A DNA stretch of 64,000 nt from Candidatus Gottesmanbacteria bacterium (GCA_023245415.1 JAHFKJ010000001.1:32902-96901), one strand, 5' to 3'. Positions 37,356 through 47,664 are shown, counted from the first letter of the stretch. Translations and numbers: made by a program. Notes: generated by a model from the letters alone, not told the origin.

Positions 37356-38933
37356 TTATGTTTTTACACCCATATACAATACTTTATGAGAAGGCGAATA
37401 AATTACAAAATTGGTCTTAACATCAAAAGGAAATTCTGCTGGTGGTCCAATGTATAAAGTATTCTGCTGATGTGATATTGAATTCCAATTCTGACCTGTA
37501 AAATCATACTTTCCAAAAGCATTGAATCCTATAAAAGAATTCCGTTTTTTTAGTTGATTTTTTAGCCACAGCGGATCCTTTTTATTATATAAAAGTACAT
37601 AAATATATGCTTGTTTTATATTCTGTGATATAATAATTTTGTCGACAGATGTTTCATATTTATTTGCTTCAACAGCTAATTCTTTAACGCCATACTCCCA
37701 AGAATCATAAAACCTGATCGGACTATTTATAAAATATTGATTAGAGAAATATATAAGATTTAAAGCAAATAATCCGCAAATTAAAGAATAAAGATAACGT
37801 AAGATAGGACGTCTATTTATCATTTTTAGGAAATAAAGTAGTCCGAGAGAAATTACAAGCTGAAGAACAGGTAATAGAAGTAAGATGCGTCCTGCATTGG
37901 GTGGACCCACAGTTAAGGCTCCTGGTAAAGGAGCGATAAGAATCCAGAGGAATATAAATGATTTAAGTGACCTTAATTTCCAAAGAGTGTACATCCCGAT
38001 TAATAAAAACGGAAATTCAATTACAAATAAAAGACCAATGTCCTGGACTTGAAAATAGCGCATAGTACTGGTGTCAAAGAATAAGTTATGCGGGTTAAAT
38101 TGATTTATGTAATTTAATGAAAACTTAAAGAAGATTTTAGGAATTGATAGAGATTTTTCTTCCTTTTCACGGACGAAAATATTTATACCTCCAAATCGAG
38201 TTTGAGCAAGGGGCTTAGAGAAAAAATCGAAGACGATAGGTAATGTAACAATAATAAATATTAGACAGCAAAAAATTAAATATAGAATTTTTTTATAAAA
38301 AAAATGCCTGCAATGATAAATAAGCAGTAATAGTAATATAGGAGACGTAAGTCTTGGAGCATGATATGCATAAAATGTACTCCCCATAATTAGAAAACTC
38401 ATAGAAACTGCAAAACGATTAGATTTTCTAATCCCTAATAAAAATGTCCACATTCCTAAAAATTGGAGCACTAACCCATAAATAGCATCATGGGCTATTC
38501 GTGAAAATTGAATATGCCATGGAGAAAACGCAATCAGGGTAGTACATAGGAGAGCAATTTTGTATGGATGTTTTGAAATAATTATATTGTTAGAATCGAA
38601 TAGCTCAGAAATGAATAAAAATATTATTGCAAGTGAAAGCATGCTAACGATTACTGATGGGAAACGTACTGTAAAATCATTCAAGCCAAGTAGTGCAATA
38701 GCAGGAACGGTTGAATAAAAAATGAGCGGACTTACATCAGCACGAAGTATTAAAGGCCACGTTTTTCCGTATTCATCGATGCCGGACTTAAGCAGACTAT
38801 AAGCGTTATATCCAACTCCAACTTCATCACCGTGGAGTGAAATCGGAATTTTTCCTAGTTGCCACAGATTCAAACATAATGATAACGCGGAAATGCCAAA
38901 GAAAAATAATAAAATCTTATTTTTGCGTCTCAT
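37356..38933 (-). CDS. GT-C glycosyltransferase, ArnT/PMT_2-like polytopic membrane protein
   Basis: 525 aa. First periplasmic loop 'SLHGDEVGVGYNAYSLLKSGIDEYG' matches the DE/DExxYA motif of ArnT/PMT. Immediately upstream of a DPM1-like GT2, as in the ArnC-ArnT pairing. Confidence 0.5.
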   Translation of the reverse strand: MRRKNKILLFFFGISALSLCLNLWQLGKIPISLHGDEVGVGYNAYSLLKSGIDEYGKTWPLILRADVSPLIFYSTVPAIALLGLNDFTVRFPSVIVSMLSLAIIFLFISELFDSNNIIISKHPYKIALLCTTLIAFSPWHIQFSRIAHDAIYGLVLQFLGMWTFLLGIRKSNRFAVSMSFLIMGSTFYAYHAPRLTSPILLLLLIYHCRHFFYKKILYLIFCCLIFIIVTLPIVFDFFSKPLAQTRFGGINIFVREKEEKSLSIPKIFFKFSLNYINQFNPHNLFFDTSTMRYFQVQDIGLLFVIEFPFLLIGMYTLWKLRSLKSFIFLWILIAPLPGALTVGPPNAGRILLLLPVLQLVISLGLLYFLKMINRRPILRYLYSLICGLFALNLIYFSNQYFINSPIRFYDSWEYGVKELAVEANKYETSVDKIIISQNIKQAYIYVLLYNKKDPLWLKNQLKKRNSFIGFNAFGKYDFTGQNWNSISHQQNTLYIGPPAEFPFDVKTNFVIYSPSHKVLYMGVKT

Positions 38934-39661
38934 GCATTTAGCCGTAATTTGAGAGCAGTAGATGAATAGGAAAGAAACATCTGGAAAAAATTCGATTTGC
39001 TGGTTCCATAAATACGATTTTTGTAAAATACCGGTGTTTCAACTATGGATACATTTTCCAAGCAACAATAATATATTAGTCGAATAAAATAATCTCCAAA
39101 GCCGTAAAAAATTTTTTGTGGTGTGAACTGATTTAAAACATTTTTCTTAATCGCAAAAAACCCACTTAAATTATCATGCACGTGATGCCCTAAAAGTATT
39201 CTTAAATATAGATTAAATACCAAACTAAATGCGTTACGGAGTTTATTTTCCATCCCGCCACCATTAATAAACCGTGATCCAATAATAAAAGAGTATTGAT
39301 TCATTAGCATAATAAATTTAAGAAGTACATTTGGGTCATGATTAAAATCGGTATCCATTATGATAAGCCACTTCCCTTTACTTTTAGAAATACCAAAAAA
39401 GATTGCGGATGCAAGTCCGCGTTGATTTTTTCGAACGTGTATTTTCACGAATTTTTTCGCAAAAAAAAAGTTGCGGGCATTTTTGGCAGTTTGATCAGGA
39501 CTGTTATCGTCAACCAATATAATTTCATGAGATTGTCTACTGGTTACGAGAATTTTATGTAATTCACAAATTAAACGTATAATGTTGCCTGCTTCATTAT
39601 AGGTAGGTAATATTACGGATATTTTTGGATTCATAAGAAAAAGTATTAGGGATAATAACAA
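38930..39661 (-). CDS. GT2 polyprenyl-phosphate sugar synthase (DPM1/ArnC-like)
   Basis: 'KISVILPTYNEAGNIIRLICEL...ILVDDNSPDQT', 'IIMDTDFNHDP' and 'IGSRF'. Confidence 0.7.
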   Translation of the reverse strand: MLLSLILFLMNPKISVILPTYNEAGNIIRLICELHKILVTSRQSHEIILVDDNSPDQTAKNARNFFFAKKFVKIHVRKNQRGLASAIFFGISKSKGKWLIIMDTDFNHDPNVLLKFIMLMNQYSFIIGSRFINGGGMENKLRNAFSLVFNLYLRILLGHHVHDNLSGFFAIKKNVLNQFTPQKIFYGFGDYFIRLIYYCCLENVSIVETPVFYKNRIYGTSKSNFFQMFLSYSSTALKLRLNA

Positions 39662-39692
39662 ACATATATATAACTGGCAACCGTAACGCAGA

Positions 39693-41447
39693 ATGAAAAT
39701 ATTTAATAAATTTAAGGTGATTCTTATTCTTGCTTCAATCTTTGTTGGAATTATATATTTATATCCTTATAGTTATTATAATTTACTCAAACACGAAGAT
39801 AGAGTGCTTTACCCTTTTTCGTTTGCTGAAACTTTATACGCAGCACAAGTTAAGGAAATAATAGACGGTAATTTCAGTGTAGGTGATCCTCAATTCTTCG
39901 AACATAAACAGGTAACTCCATCAGTTTTTCCGTATATCTGTGTGTTTTTGATCGCGACAGTGAGTTATATAACAGGGTCAATAGTTTGGGGATTTTTGGT
40001 GAGTGATTTCATTTTTCCGGTTATACTTTTCTTACTATTATATACATTCGGAATCTTACTAACTCATAATCGGTTATGTGCGTTGCTTGCGAGTTTCTCC
40101 ACGCTTTTTTTGTATCACCTTCTTGCCAAATTTCCTCCTATTTCAATAGAAGGAATACGCGAATTCTTGAAGATAGTTACATGGCAGCAGGTTAGTGGAC
40201 CACTGCCATTCTATCGCACGCCAAATCCACAAATAAGTTTTATTTTTTTAGCTTTATCATTATTTATACTCTATGGATTATGGTTAAAGCCTGATTGGAA
40301 AATAACATCAGTGCTAATAGTTGCAGCAAACTTATTATATTCAGTTTATTTTTATCACGTGACTTATTTTATTTTTATCACATTAATTCTTCTTTTTACT
40401 ACGTTATTTAAACGCGATAAGAAGCAGTTTATTTCGCTTTTTACACTTCTTTGCTCCCTTTGCATTACAGGAATCGCTTATCTGCAAATTTCCAAAATTT
40501 ATCCATATCAAACTCTACAAGTTACGGGTGGAAAATTTGAAATGCGTTATTTCGACTGGATATATAGTTTGCGTTATGGAATCTTTTTTATAATATTATT
40601 GTTTTTAACAAATGGCATTAACAACTCACAAAGAGTTTTTTCAGGTAGTTTAGTTTTAGCCGGATTAGGCGTCATGAACTTTCAAGTGTTGACTGGATGG
40701 ACCATACAGCCTGGGCATTGGCCGCAAACAACTGTTGAACCTGTTATTACATTTTTACTCTGTCTTTATATCGGGCGTTTACTAATTACGAAAATTTCGT
40801 CCTTCTCTATGTGTATATTAATACTATGTATTTGCATTTATGCAGTAATATGGCAAATACATTTTTCGCAACGTGCAGTGAAAGATTGGAGTATCCCTAG
40901 AGATTTAAATAATGTGCTAATTTGGTTAAATACCAATTCAACAACTCAAACTGTTGTGTTGGCTCTTGATATTGAAGTATCTGCTTATGTACCTGTCTTA
41001 ACTTCAGCGAACATTTTTTTACCCGTTGAAGAATATCATTATGCAACTGTCGATGAAATTTGGCAAAGAATTTTACTTGCTTATAAGATATATAAAGTAC
41101 CTAAATATTTTTTTAATCCAAGTGTTTTACCTTTGGTCACTTATTTTGAGTTAACATATAATTTAAATCAATACAAACATGAAGATTTTAGAGAATATGA
41201 TCAGCTAATCCGTCAGCGTATTAAAAATTGTTATCCGTCATTATGCGCTAGTCTTTATAGCTTGCCAATGAGAATTAAAGATTATTGGGTTGAACAATTC
41301 GCATTAAAAATAGATTTAGAAAAAAATCCATTTCGGTTAGACTATATAATTTATTCCCCTAATGATAAAAAGAAGCACGCGCTTTTTCCTACCGGGACAC
41401 TTGTCTATCGGTCCGGTGAATATCGAGTATTTGCCTATAAGAGATAA
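39693..41447 (+). CDS. Large polytopic membrane protein (584 aa), function unknown, possibly GT-C-like
   Basis: More than 10 hydrophobic segments plus a C-terminal soluble domain. No clear catalytic motif. Confidence 0.3.
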   Translation: MKIFNKFKVILILASIFVGIIYLYPYSYYNLLKHEDRVLYPFSFAETLYAAQVKEIIDGNFSVGDPQFFEHKQVTPSVFPYICVFLIATVSYITGSIVWGFLVSDFIFPVILFLLLYTFGILLTHNRLCALLASFSTLFLYHLLAKFPPISIEGIREFLKIVTWQQVSGPLPFYRTPNPQISFIFLALSLFILYGLWLKPDWKITSVLIVAANLLYSVYFYHVTYFIFITLILLFTTLFKRDKKQFISLFTLLCSLCITGIAYLQISKIYPYQTLQVTGGKFEMRYFDWIYSLRYGIFFIILLFLTNGINNSQRVFSGSLVLAGLGVMNFQVLTGWTIQPGHWPQTTVEPVITFLLCLYIGRLLITKISSFSMCILILCICIYAVIWQIHFSQRAVKDWSIPRDLNNVLIWLNTNSTTQTVVLALDIEVSAYVPVLTSANIFLPVEEYHYATVDEIWQRILLAYKIYKVPKYFFNPSVLPLVTYFELTYNLNQYKHEDFREYDQLIRQRIKNCYPSLCASLYSLPMRIKDYWVEQFALKIDLEKNPFRLDYIIYSPNDKKKHALFPTGTLVYRSGEYRVFAYKR

Positions 41448-42935
41448 TTAACAGTCTTTATAGATAAAAATTTGATTATCTCCAATTTGCACCGTTCTTT
41501 TAGCCTTAAGCTTCGCTTTTTCGATAACGAGTGGATTGATTTGAGGTACATGAATATGTATTAATACTACTGCGTTATCCAAATATCCTTTCAGGAATTG
41601 TTTCACAGCTTCTTCCTTCGTCCAATCTTCATTTTCTACAGCCGGTAGCATACTTTGGCCAAAATAGTAACGAGCCCTCCATGCATCTTCTGTACTAATG
41701 TATGTTTGACTTCCTTGGAAACAAGGCTTAACTATTTTTCCTACTTCTCTGATGCGATCGTTTTTAAAGGTCCAGTTGCGATATATTAGTGGATTTGGCG
41801 CACCCAATAACAGCGGTTTAGTGGAAATTAAATTAATAATAATTATAACTGACAAAAAAACCGATGTTAAGGGAAGGATTACTACAGTTTCTGCGGCGAT
41901 TAGAGCGACTGGCCCTAATATATTAAGATATACAGTACAACAGGGAATTATCGGAACTTCGATTAGTAATACTGCGATGAGCATTAACCACAAAAACAGG
42001 ATACTTTTTCTTTTATTAAAAATAAGAGCCGGTATTAAAAACGGCCACATGACAATAATTCCAGGTTGACCCAAGAAACGATCCCATTTTTCTCGTAAGA
42101 AATAATTTAACCCTTGTTTATATTGTCCAGTGACCTGTTGAGATCGGTTAATAGTGAAATAACTTCTATAATGGATAAAGCCTGCCCCTTTAGGGCTTTT
42201 GGGAAGAAAACTATAGCCGATATAAGGAACGTAATAAACTGATACGATAAGAATGAATAAAATACTGGTTCGAATAATCTCTCCTGATTGTAAAAATTTT
42301 CTTTTTTGAAAAATAAGTAAAAGTAATGATGGCAGAAATAATATAAAATCTATCGATATAAATAAACAAAATGTTAGAGTTGCGAAAAGTATGCTAAGTG
42401 ATCTCCTTGAAGGAAATTCATAAAAATACAGCACTCCTATACTAGCTAATAATCCGCCGGAAATATTTAAACCAAAAGTAATGGGTTGGCTAAACCACAC
42501 AATATAAGTAGAAATTGAAAAAAAACTTAAAAAAGCTAAGGCTACTTTTTTTCCACGAATCCTCTTGATACTGAAAAATCCTAATAGAAGCGCGCCGATT
42601 GAAACAGAGACGTAAATAAGTCTTGCTGTAAATTCGCGAGGTTGAAAAGGTACAGCAGGTAGAAGTATTAAAAATTCGACCGGCGGATGATTATGCTGGA
42701 GCAGCGGATAAAAAATATTCTGTAGAGCAACCCGTGGGTTTTTGATCAGTAATAAATCTGCTAAACCCCGGACCATTTGTACTGCTTTAGTCATGTGACC
42801 TGCCTCGTCTCCGGTAAAACTTGGTCTCCAAAATCCCCACATTCTAAGTAGTGTTCCAATTAATATTAGAAATACTACTACAGCAACATAGATCGAAGAA
42901 TACCCTTGTGGTATAGTACGTTTAATTATTTGCAT
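41448..42935 (-). CDS. Large polytopic membrane protein, GT-C-like
   Basis: 495 aa. First loop 'SFTGDEAGHMTKAVQM'. C-terminal soluble domain. Confidence 0.4.
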   Translation of the reverse strand: MQIIKRTIPQGYSSIYVAVVVFLILIGTLLRMWGFWRPSFTGDEAGHMTKAVQMVRGLADLLLIKNPRVALQNIFYPLLQHNHPPVEFLILLPAVPFQPREFTARLIYVSVSIGALLLGFFSIKRIRGKKVALAFLSFFSISTYIVWFSQPITFGLNISGGLLASIGVLYFYEFPSRRSLSILFATLTFCLFISIDFILFLPSLLLLIFQKRKFLQSGEIIRTSILFILIVSVYYVPYIGYSFLPKSPKGAGFIHYRSYFTINRSQQVTGQYKQGLNYFLREKWDRFLGQPGIIVMWPFLIPALIFNKRKSILFLWLMLIAVLLIEVPIIPCCTVYLNILGPVALIAAETVVILPLTSVFLSVIIIINLISTKPLLLGAPNPLIYRNWTFKNDRIREVGKIVKPCFQGSQTYISTEDAWRARYYFGQSMLPAVENEDWTKEEAVKQFLKGYLDNAVVLIHIHVPQINPLVIEKAKLKAKRTVQIGDNQIFIYKDC

Positions 42936-43010
42936 AGAAATTACGCCATTTTACGCTAAGCTTCATTAAATAAAAAGGTCAAATTCTTTTATATAAAATG
43001 AGTGCTTAAT

Positions 43011-44000
43011 ATGAAAAAGAAATCAATTTTAGTTACAGGCGGTGCAGGATTTATTGGCAGTCATTTAGCAGATGCATTAATTCATAAATTTAGAGTAATT
43101 GTCTTAGATAATTTTTCTTCTGGAAAACATGAAAACCTACGTGAATTTATTTCAAAAGGTGGAGAAGTATGTGTTGGTGATATATTAAATTATAAGAATG
43201 TGGAGAAATTAGTCTCTCAAGTGGATGTAATTATTCATTTGGCAGTTCAATGCGTCAGACTTTCTTTTAAAAATCCCCATTTCGTACACGAAACAAATAT
43301 CACCGGTACTCTTAATTTATTGGAGGCTGCCAGAAAAAAACGTCTAATGAGATTTCTTTATGTATCTTCATCAGAAGTTTATGGTAATTCTAAACAGAAA
43401 AGACTAAGGGAAGTTGACGTGACTAATCCTTCCACTATCTATGGTGCAAGTAAACTTGCGGGAGAATACTATTGTCGAGCGTATTTACAGTCATATAATC
43501 TACCTATAGTAATAGTGCGACCGTTTAATACATATGGTCCTAGATCGCATTTTGAAGGTGTATATGGGGAAGTAATACCCAAATTTTTTATACGACTCAT
43601 TAATAAAAAAAGGCCGATAATTTATGGTAATGGGTATCAAACCCGGGATTTTACGTATATTTCAGATACGGTAAATGGATTGATCTTAGCTCTTGATAAT
43701 ACTGAGGTTATAGGCGAGGTTATAAATATTGCCCACGGTGTCGAGGTGAGTATAAACGAGTTGGCAGAATTAATTAGCGGTATTACTCGAAAAAATAATC
43801 TCTTACCGATATACAGTCAGAATCGTCCGGCCGACTTACTGCACCTTAAAGCCAATATTCAAAAAGCTCGGAAGCTGCTAAATTTTAATCCGCAAGTCTC
43901 AATTAATAAGGGTTTACAAAAATATTATGATTGGCTTATGAGCTCGAAAATTGATTTTAATAATGCTTTTAAGCAAGACGAACAAGAAAATTGGAAATGA
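43011..44000 (+). CDS. NAD-dependent epimerase/dehydratase (SDR). The ORF is open from a GTG at 43002.
   Basis: 'ILVTGGAGFIGSHLADAL', 'YVSSSEVYG', 'YGASKLAGEYY', 'RPFNTYGPRS' and 'GNGYQTRDFTYISDTV'. Confidence 0.7.
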   Translation: MKKKSILVTGGAGFIGSHLADALIHKFRVIVLDNFSSGKHENLREFISKGGEVCVGDILNYKNVEKLVSQVDVIIHLAVQCVRLSFKNPHFVHETNITGTLNLLEAARKKRLMRFLYVSSSEVYGNSKQKRLREVDVTNPSTIYGASKLAGEYYCRAYLQSYNLPIVIVRPFNTYGPRSHFEGVYGEVIPKFFIRLINKKRPIIYGNGYQTRDFTYISDTVNGLILALDNTEVIGEVINIAHGVEVSINELAELISGITRKNNLLPIYSQNRPADLLHLKANIQKARKLLNFNPQVSINKGLQKYYDWLMSSKIDFNNAFKQDEQENWK

Positions 44001-45136
44001 AGATACCTTTAACTAAACCATTGTTTAATTTGGCGGAGATTAATGCCGTTAAAAAAGTTCTCGCATCAGGTTGGGTGACTCAAGGTCCAATTACTGCTAA
44101 GTTTGAAAGGAATTTGGAAAAATATATTAACGCCAAGCATGTTGTTGTCGTGTCAAATTGTACAAACGCATTGCATTTATGCCTGCTAATAGGGAGCGTC
44201 AAGCCAGGGGATGAAGTGATAGTTCCTTCACTCACCTATATTGCAACTATCAGCGCCATTCGATATGTAGGCGCAGTGCCTGTGTTTGCAGATATTGATT
44301 TGAAAACTTTTACATTGGATCCTCAAGCGACATCAAATAAAATTACCAAAAAAACAAAATTTATATTGCTAGTCCATCAGATTGGAATTTCTGCTGATTT
44401 AGATCCTTTAAGATCAATTGCACGCAAAAATAATCTTATACTGATAGAAGATGCTGCGCCTGCACTAGGTGCAACATACAAAGAGAAAATGGTTGGACAA
44501 AATGGTAAATTTGTCGCATTTAGCTTTCATCCGCGTAAAAGTATAACTACAGGTGAAGGCGGAGCTATCGCAACCGAGGACGATGAAACTTATTCAAGAT
44601 TGAAAATTCTTCGTTCACACGGATCTTCAATTTCTGACTATTATCGCCATAAAGGAAAAGCACTCAATTTCGAAAAATTCGAAGTTCTTGGGTTCAATTA
44701 TCGATTATCAGACATTAATGCTGCTATAGGAATAGAGCAACTTAAAAAATTGCCAGGATGGATCATATTAAGAAGAAGATTGGCAAAAAATTACCAAAAA
44801 GAATTTAAAAGGATGTCAAATCTAATCCCGCCGTTCGAGCCGAATTACACTCGACACACATTTCAATCCTATCAAATAAGAGTAAGGGGGATTTCATCAG
44901 AGCGCAGAGATGAATTAATACAACGTCTATTACGAAAAAACATTGCAACAAGGAGAGGTGTAATGGCATCTCATCTGGAACCGTTGTATATCAAGTATCC
45001 GTCACAAGATCTTATAAATACAGAGATTGCCTACAGGGAATCATTATTATTGCCAATGTATCCAGATATGACACAACTTGAACAAGAGTATGTAGTAGAT
45101 TCTGTGAAAAAAGTTTTTGCCCAGATGCATCTTTAA
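43991..45136 (+). CDS. DegT/DnrJ/EryC1-family sugar aminotransferase
   Basis: 'DAAPALGATYKEKMVGQNGKFVAFSFHPRKSITTGEGGAI' with lysine present. N-terminal 'VLASGWVTQGPITAKFE'. Confidence 0.75.
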   Translation: MEMKIPLTKPLFNLAEINAVKKVLASGWVTQGPITAKFERNLEKYINAKHVVVVSNCTNALHLCLLIGSVKPGDEVIVPSLTYIATISAIRYVGAVPVFADIDLKTFTLDPQATSNKITKKTKFILLVHQIGISADLDPLRSIARKNNLILIEDAAPALGATYKEKMVGQNGKFVAFSFHPRKSITTGEGGAIATEDDETYSRLKILRSHGSSISDYYRHKGKALNFEKFEVLGFNYRLSDINAAIGIEQLKKLPGWIILRRRLAKNYQKEFKRMSNLIPPFEPNYTRHTFQSYQIRVRGISSERRDELIQRLLRKNIATRRGVMASHLEPLYIKYPSQDLINTEIAYRESLLLPMYPDMTQLEQEYVVDSVKKVFAQMHL

Positions 45137-46076
45137 TATGAGATCAAAACTAAAGGTTGCAGTTATTGTACCTTTACTAAACGAATCACAAAATATTTCT
45201 CGTTATTATTACGAATTAAAAAAAACCACCACTGAACTTAAAAAGTACAAATTTTCCTACTTATTTGTAGATGATGGTTCCTCAGATGATTCATGGGATA
45301 AAATAATTTATTTGACACAACATGATAAACAGGTATCTGCAATTAAGTTTTCACGAAATTTTGGTAGTCATTCCGCCTGGTATGCTGGAATTAAAGCTGT
45401 GAAAGAAGTTGATGCCTGTATATTAACGACGATTGATTTGCAGGATCCACTAATTTTAATTCCTGTAATGTTAGAGAAATTTCAAAACGGAGCTAAATTA
45501 GTTTGCGCTGTTCGTAGAGACAGGAAAGATATATTGCTGACTAAAATTCTATCTCAATGTTACTATTTCTTAGTTAAAAAATTTGCGCTACCAAACATGC
45601 CATCAGGAGGTGTTGATTTTTGCCTTATTGCTAAAAAAATTATTCAAGACCTTATAGAAATGGGTGAAAAAAACACATCGCTGATTGGGCTTATTTTATG
45701 GTTAGGCTACTCATATGCGGAAGTTTTTTATGTCAGAAATAAAAGAAGATTCGGAAAATCCAAATGGACAATTTTCAAGAAAGTAAAATTATTTATTGAT
45801 ACATTCGTAGGATTTTCGTTTATGCCAATTCGACTAGTTTCATATTTAGGTTTTCTATTTTCTACTTTAGGTTTTTTGTATGCAATTATCATTTTCGTTC
45901 GTAGAATTATATATGGAGCACCAATTGAAGGCTGGTCTTCGTTAATGCTTGTAGTGTTGATACTTTCTGGCGTGCAACTGATCACATTAGGAATTGTGGC
46001 AGAATATTTATGGAGAACGCTGGATGCTTCAAGACAAAGACCATTGTACGTAATAGAAAAACAAGTAAATCTCTAA
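45117..46076 (+). CDS. GT2 polyprenyl-phosphate (amino)sugar synthase with two C-terminal TM helices (GtrB/ArnC-like)
   Basis: 'VAVIVPLLNESQNI...FVDDGSSDDS', 'TTIDLQDP', then C-terminal hydrophobic helices 'LVSYLGFLFSTLGFLYAIIIF' and 'LMLVVLILSGVQLITLGIV', typical of GtrB/ArnC. Confidence 0.7.
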   Translation: MPRCIFNMRSKLKVAVIVPLLNESQNISRYYYELKKTTTELKKYKFSYLFVDDGSSDDSWDKIIYLTQHDKQVSAIKFSRNFGSHSAWYAGIKAVKEVDACILTTIDLQDPLILIPVMLEKFQNGAKLVCAVRRDRKDILLTKILSQCYYFLVKKFALPNMPSGGVDFCLIAKKIIQDLIEMGEKNTSLIGLILWLGYSYAEVFYVRNKRRFGKSKWTIFKKVKLFIDTFVGFSFMPIRLVSYLGFLFSTLGFLYAIIIFVRRIIYGAPIEGWSSLMLVVLILSGVQLITLGIVAEYLWRTLDASRQRPLYVIEKQVNL

Positions 46077-46079
46077 CAA

Positions 46080-46598
46080 TCACATTCTCTTATTCAATAC
46101 TTTTGCGGGTATGCCAACTGCAACTGAAAATTCAGGGATATTCTTTGTGACTACGGCACCAGCACCTATTTGAGAATATTTACCAATGGTAACTCCCGGT
46201 AATAGTATTGCACCTATACCGATATCACAACCTGTTTTAATATAAATTGGTGCGTACTTTTGAGATCTTTCGATTATGGGAACAGTGCGTTTATGGACCT
46301 CATGGGATAATGTTAAAAGTTTCACAAATGGCCCAATGCCTACAGAATCTTCGATTGTAATTCCACCACCGCTATGTAAAAAACAATTTTGGCCAATCCA
46401 AACATTGTTGCCAATCGACATCGTATTTCTAAAATAGCCTTTTAGAATAGTTCGGTGTCCAATATAAACATTATCGCCAATTTCAATATTTTCCGGATGA
46501 AAAATTAAAACTTCTGGTTCAAATATGACATTGTCGCCCAAGTGTTTAAAGCTCTTTCTTGTAAATCTACCATCGCCGTGAGAGGTGAATAATTTCAT
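46080..46598 (-). CDS. Hexapeptide-repeat (left-handed beta-helix) acetyltransferase. The ORF is open to 46643, but the start at MKLF is more plausible.
   Basis: Repeated [LIV]G-x4 hexapeptides: 'IGDNVYIGHRTIL', 'IGNNVWIGQNCFL', 'IEDSVGIGPFV', 'IGIGAILLPGVTIGKYSQIGAGAVV'. Confidence 0.6.
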   Translation of the reverse strand: MKLFTSHGDGRFTRKSFKHLGDNVIFEPEVLIFHPENIEIGDNVYIGHRTILKGYFRNTMSIGNNVWIGQNCFLHSGGGITIEDSVGIGPFVKLLTLSHEVHKRTVPIIERSQKYAPIYIKTGCDIGIGAILLPGVTIGKYSQIGAGAVVTKNIPEFSVAVGIPAKVLNKRM

Positions 46599-46641
46599 GT
46601 TTACATTGTAGCAAATATGAAATCTGGCTATAATTACCCCC

Positions 46642-47664
46642 ATGCCGGTAAAACTTGGTCTTATAGGTCTTGGATATTGGGGGCCTAATTTATTGCGGAA
46701 CTTTCAGAATACACATTATGCAAGTGTTATAGCTTGTGCTGATTTAGATAGTCAAAAAATAAAAAAAATTGCCCAGAAATATCCGAACATTTCTTTTTAT
46801 AAGAACTATAGAAAATTACTTTTAGAAGACCTGAATGCTGTCATAATAGCTACTCCTCCAAGTTCGCATTATGAAATTATCAAAGCCGCGCTGCAAAGCA
46901 ATAAACACGTCTTTGTAGAAAAACCAGTAACTACGAATTATTCTCAAGCGCTGGAAATTGCTAAGATTGCTCAAGCAAAACGTAAAATTCTTATGGTAGA
47001 TCATATATTTGTCTATTCAAATGCTGTTGAAAAAATTAAAGGATTAATCGACAAAAAAAAACTTGGCGATCTATACTATTTCGATTCAACTCGTGTAAAT
47101 TTAGGTCTACTTCAATCGAATACCAGCGTGTTATGGGACTTGGCAAGCCACGATGTTTCAATTTTAGAATATTTGATCAATGACAGGCCCCTAAGTATTC
47201 ACTGCGTTGGATCTTCTCATACCTTAAGCCGACAAGAAGATATTGCTTTCGTAACCATAAAATACCCAGGTAATTTTATTGCGCACATAAACGTTAATTG
47301 GTTGGCTCCATCAAAAATTCGTCGGATTGTTGTCGCCGGAAGCAAAAAAATGGTAGTTTACGATGAAGCAAGTGTAGAGGAAAAAGTAAAAATTATCGAA
47401 AAGGGTATTAGTGAACTTACGGGTCACCACCGACATGAGGTTTTAACCAATTATCGAATAGGCGATAGCATCTCTCCTTATTTACCGGCTAGAGAGACAC
47501 TTGTAGACGTATGCGCACATTTTATCAATTGCATACTAAAAAACAGACGGCCAATAACAAATGGATTCTCAGGCGCGCGAGTCGTTAAAATTTTGGAGAA
47601 AGCTGAATTCTCTTTAATTTCCGGGATGACATATAAATTTTCAACGGCAGATTTCAAAATTTGA
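46642..47664 (+). CDS. Gfo/Idh/MocA-family sugar oxidoreductase (paralog of 14192..15139)
   Basis: 'LGLIGLGYWGPNLL', 'VFVEKPVTTNYSQALEI' and 'WDLASHDVSILEYL'. Confidence 0.65.
   Translation: MPVKLGLIGLGYWGPNLLRNFQNTHYASVIACADLDSQKIKKIAQKYPNISFYKNYRKLLLEDLNAVIIATPPSSHYEIIKAALQSNKHVFVEKPVTTNYSQALEIAKIAQAKRKILMVDHIFVYSNAVEKIKGLIDKKKLGDLYYFDSTRVNLGLLQSNTSVLWDLASHDVSILEYLINDRPLSIHCVGSSHTLSRQEDIAFVTIKYPGNFIAHINVNWLAPSKIRRIVVAGSKKMVVYDEASVEEKVKIIEKGISELTGHHRHEVLTNYRIGDSISPYLPARETLVDVCAHFINCILKNRRPITNGFSGARVVKILEKAEFSLISGMTYKFSTADFKI

Noticed and set aside
46641-46644. Head-to-head overlap of two divergent start codons on the palindrome CATG (46080-46643 on - and 46642-47664 on +).
   Set aside because: This is more likely an over-extended start call than a real regulatory feature. 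The acetyltransferase has a better internal start (MKLF..., ending at about 46598), which leaves a roughly 43-nt divergent spacer.
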